Of a stretch of DNA of 64,000 bases, positions 60,200 to 64,000 are shown one piece after another. The translations under genes were made by a program, and so were the position numbers. Position 1 is the stretch's first letter; every line of letters begins with the position of its first letter. This DNA is from Basidiobolus meristosporus CBS 931.73 (lineage: Eukaryota > Fungi > Basidiobolomycota), in contig MCFE01000477.1 in the NCBI GenBank assembly GCA_002104905.1, forward strand, positions 1-64,000. The letters are read 5' to 3'. The notes below the pieces were generated by a model, which was not told the origin of the DNA, searched no databases, and was given only the letters and a program-made list of their open reading frames with translations.

Positions 60200-60425
60200 T
60201 GTTATGAAAGTCTGAATCCCGACCAGAACAAGCAGCAAGTTGTCGCATATAGAGATGCGTCAACACCAAAAATCATCAAAGATGATCAAAGACTGATGGG
60301 CTAAAGGAAGACAAGTTGTATGCAAATGATCGAGAAATGTATAAAAAGTAGATCCTACGCTAAAATAAAGGAGAGACCTTGTTACACCAAACAGAAGGAC
60401 AGCAACTGGCCTGGATTTCATAACA
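60200..60425 (+). mobile_element. Solo LTR type A, 11 bp upstream of tRNA-Thr copy 2
   Basis: Same TIRs and length as 58801-59026, opposite orientation; exact TSD CACT (60196-60199, 60426-60429). Confidence 0.93.
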
Positions 60426-60436
60426 CACTACCAAGA

Positions 60437-60508
60437 GCCTGCTTAGCGCAGTGGTAGCGCGTCAGTCTCGTAAACTGAAGGTCGCCAGTTCAATCCTGGC
60501 AGTAGGCA
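60437..60508 (+). tRNA. tRNA-Thr(CGT), copy 2
   Basis: Identical to 57102-57173; followed by a T8 terminator. Confidence 0.94.
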
Positions 60509-60977
60509 ATTTTTTTTACCAAATTGAATGTCGACCCTAGATATCGATGGTAATACCAAATCACGCACACTTATTTAGCAAATGACAGTAACATCCGTAA
60601 CCAATAGATGCTAACTACAGAGTAAACTGCCTGCGCTGATAAATTAACCAGTTGTCCGAGTGAAGTGGGATTAGTCGCAATCCAAATATGGGAAAGATCT
60701 AACCAGGAATTTCATTTTGGTCTTCCAATTCACTGAAGTTCCCTTGGACTGGAGGGTGCTAGCCAATACACTTACAAGGTATGCTGATTCGACTGTTCCA
60801 ATGATAAGGAGAACTTCCCCGCCTTCAAGGACCAGAAGGCCTGGACCGGGGGTAAATTCTGCGATGGAATCGATCCACCAAATCCTTGGTAAAGTTGGCA
60901 TCGAAGCCACAGATGTATGAAATATAAATCCCTCGGAACTCCCTCCTCCATGTCTAACCATACAACACTCTACCGCA

Positions 60978-61451
60978 ATGAAGCTTCTATCTCTAATCGT
61001 GACTGCCTTCACTTTCGCCGGGGTAGCCTTCGCCTTTGACCCGAACACTCTCCTCGCACTCGTGAATCAGCAACGAGCTCTGGTCGGCGCCCCGGCTCTC
61101 ACCATCGACCCAAGACTCACCTTGGCTGCCGAAAGACACACTCTGTATCAGGTCACCGTGCATGAGATGACCCATGACGAGCCGAACACGACACTGGGTC
61201 AGAGAATCGGTGCCACAGGCTACCCCTGGAGCAACATTGGGGAGAATGTTGCAGCGGGGTATGGGGATGCGGTATCGGTGATGAACGCCTGGATGAACTC
61301 CCCAGAGCATCGCCGCAACATATTGGACCCCATCTTCACCCAGACTGGCATCGCCTACGACCCCCAAGGCAGCTACTGGACTCAGGACTTCGGCCGGCCT
61401 ATGATGATGCGCAAAAGGTCACCGAAATTTGTTGGAAGCAGAAAGCAATGA
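60978..61451 (+). CDS. Secreted CAP/SCP-domain protein, copy 2
   Basis: Two visible amino-acid differences from 53456-53929 (S/G, R/S); ~140 bp of upstream sequence is also shared. Confidence 0.92.
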   Translation: MKLLSLIVTAFTFAGVAFAFDPNTLLALVNQQRALVGAPALTIDPRLTLAAERHTLYQVTVHEMTHDEPNTTLGQRIGATGYPWSNIGENVAAGYGDAVSVMNAWMNSPEHRRNILDPIFTQTGIAYDPQGSYWTQDFGRPMMMRKRSPKFVGSRKQ

Positions 61452-62530
61452 AGTGAGACATCGGTCCAATCCAATAGAAATGCATACCCACTATATACCC
61501 CATACCGATCGAGTAGCGCAATACCGTAGTAAATAGAAATCTAAATCATTTAATAAACGAGTGAGATCAGCAAGCACGGGCAATTTCTCTTGAATACCAC
61601 ACCCCAGTGCTGGCATCATTAAAAGGACCTTCTATGTTCACAATGTCCATGTTGGAAGCGCAGAGGCCACTTTAGAGAGGATAAGACAAACAAGACCCTT
61701 TTCAGTTTACACCAAAAGCATATTAAGAAACAGTGGTAGATAAGTAGCTCCACAGAGGGCAGATGGCCAGTTTAGTATGCAAAACTGGCTTACCATTGAT
61801 CAGAAGTACACCAAGTCCATCAATCCCGTATGATTGCCTATAAATGTTCATTGGTGGCATCAGCATTAATGGCAATTCCTTACACCTATCCACTACTTGA
61901 TTCAGTAACAATACAATGTCTAAATAGACAAATTCCCAGGTAAAGAAATACTTATAGGAACGTCCTAGTCATAAGAAAACGAAGATCACTGTGATAAGAA
62001 TGGTGCAGTGGTGTGCTAAAATTTTCAAGACAGCAGTTACAAATCGAAGAACTAAAATCACTGCAATGGTGGCAACATAACTGAAAACAATATCAAACAT
62101 ATACAATATTGCATTGTCAGTTGGCACTTTTGCACCAAGGCCTAGCAACCTTCCACTCATTACCAATAGGTCAGACCCATACTTGTGAGTGAAATGTTAA
62201 CTCAGCCTCCATTCAAAACGAAAGCAATTTAACGTTAATATAAGTGAAATGATCCAGCTAATGTGCATTGCATCTGACAGACTATTCAGCATAGCTTTTG
62301 GTACCAGTATATTATTGTAATACATATCATGCTTTACCGTTAGTAAGGAGTACATTGTTGTGTTGCTCATTTCTATTCTTTGCGGTGCTACCAGGATACC
62401 TTGATGCACTATGCAGGATATGCGCTTCGCAACGAATACTTGGCTGTGGGAATTGAAAGAGTACACAGCATAAATACTACATGAAGCTTTATTAGGGTAG
62501 TATCATTTACAAGGACGAAACAATTACGCA

Positions 62531-63123
62531 TCAGTATCCAACCTTTTTGGTTGACAGTGCAAATACGTGAGCATGGCCTTTGATGCCTTTTTGGTAGGGA
62601 TGGACGTCATAGACCTCTTTAGCTGTAGGGAACTCTACGTAGGCAATCTCTTTGGTGGGATCAAGATCCACCGAGGTGATGTAAATTCGAACATCACCAC
62701 CATTAGTTGCAGCCAATCCATTGATTACAGTGTAGCACGCCACCTTACTGCTTTTATCAGCATTGTGGGCCGCAGGAAGCATTGAAGGAATATGAAGACA
62801 TACGTTGATCCATCAGAATATGGGCGTGAAACTGCTAGGCTTGATCAAATCAATGAGCTAGACTTTCGATACAGTAAGGGTAAAGTAGGGGTGAATCTAG
62901 CGCGTTTCAATCAGGTTATGCCTGTTCCACGTTCCACTCCTTGTTCCTGGTGTTGGACTTGGAGTGGAAGACGACCTTATCGTTGTTGCGCCTGGTCCGC
63001 TTCAGGATCTTCTCCATGGGCCTGTTCTCTGTGATATCAATGGTGTGGTACCCGATGTTGGTAAACCGCCCCCTTTTAACAGACAACCCACTAAAGATCA
63101 GAGGATTACTTTGCTTGTAGCCC
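62531..63123 (-). pseudogene. Unidentified degraded or truncated coding sequence (one or two genes)
   Basis: 62916-63123 has host-like C/G-ending codons and a TAA; 62531-62900 reads 'GDVRIYITSVDLDPTKEIAYVEFP...HVFALS' with in-frame stops upstream. Confidence 0.35.
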
Positions 63124-64000
63124 GTAGTTGAGTGGGAGTGTTGTAAATTTTGTTCACCTAGACCATATCTCACAGGATTTACTATTTCGCAGTTAACTTC
63201 CTCTTAGGGCCTTACTTGACAGCACCCTCATAAGAATATCCAACCCCATGTTTCTTGCCAAATGTTGTAGTTATTTTGGAGATGATGGAAGTGGCTGGGA
63301 GAGCATTAGATTGTAATTTTTATCTAATTGTGTATTGAATGTGTGATATCTATACTTGGAGGTGACCTGGGCAGCTCTGAGAAGTCCCAAAAACATGTAT
63401 GCAAAGTCCGGTGACCTTCAGGCAACAAATTGCATTCTTGTATCCTTGTACTTGACCCTAAGAGAAAAAAATTAAGAAAAGGCCAGCAGAATGCTGTTGT
63501 AATATCAGCTGAATTTCAAGTTTTTCAAAGCTGTCAATTCTCAATATCTTAGGTACTAACTGTGGGGTAAACAAGCTGATATAGTTGACCAAGGAGACTA
63601 GGCTGTCATGCATTACTACCAAACTTTGTAATCAGCTGCTCACCACTTCCACCAAAAATTGCAACTGAAAACTTAAAGGGGATTCACCAGCTGTATACCA
63701 GCAAAATGTTGTAAAATTTGCAATTACACCTAAATATCCACCCAACTCAGTCACTTAGATCATTACCTACAAATATTAGAGAATTCTGACCAAATTCCTT
63801 GTTGGAATTTACTTGGAATATTTTCACCACTGTATCAGGTACCCAAAACATGACATTTACTAAATTGTCCAAACAGCCACAAACATTGCACACATGCTCT
63901 TGGTGTTGTAAAAATTTATATTTCCACCTAAATATTCACCTAACTTAGTCACTTAGATCATTACCTTCATATCCTAGAGAATACTGACCAAAATCCTTGT
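63124..64000 (+). mobile_element. Cluster of copia-type LTRs and LTR fragments
   Basis: Polypurine tract TAGTTGAGTGGGAG then TGTTGTAA at 63139; further TGTTGTAA starts near 63495, 63707 and 63904; the last two match 28416-28764 ('CTGACCAAATTCCTTGTTGG'); CpG-poor. Confidence 0.75.

Overview
Eukaryotic (fungal) genomic DNA. Spliceosomal introns, MO25/Hym1, a synaptobrevin and chitin-binding secreted proteins suggest an early-diverging fungus such as Basidiobolus; that is inference. The window has three compartments. (1) ~1-32.7 kb is a CpG-depleted block of nested, decayed transposons: CACTA/EnSpm-like DNA transposons, a Ty3/gypsy element, solo LTRs, tandem Ty1/copia remnants and two 736-bp foldback elements. 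(2) ~33-54 kb is gene-rich: a PLA2-group-XII-like secreted protein, MO25/Hym1, an inverted pair of glycine dehydrogenase (GCV2) genes around a synaptobrevin gene, three tandem secreted CBM19-type proteins (two with TTTEKPEP repeats), an ethanolamine kinase and a CAP protein. (3) ~55-64 kb holds a truncated gypsy element, three tRNA genes, a second CAP copy and copia LTR debris. The main finding is that five solo LTRs of three types sit stacked in front of tRNA-Leu and tRNA-Thr. Four have exact nested 4-bp target-site duplications (TSDs), and peeling them off shows each landed 9-11 bp upstream of the mature tRNA 5' end. This points to a position-specific, tRNA-gene-targeting LTR retrotransposon system. 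All identities and alignments were made by eye.
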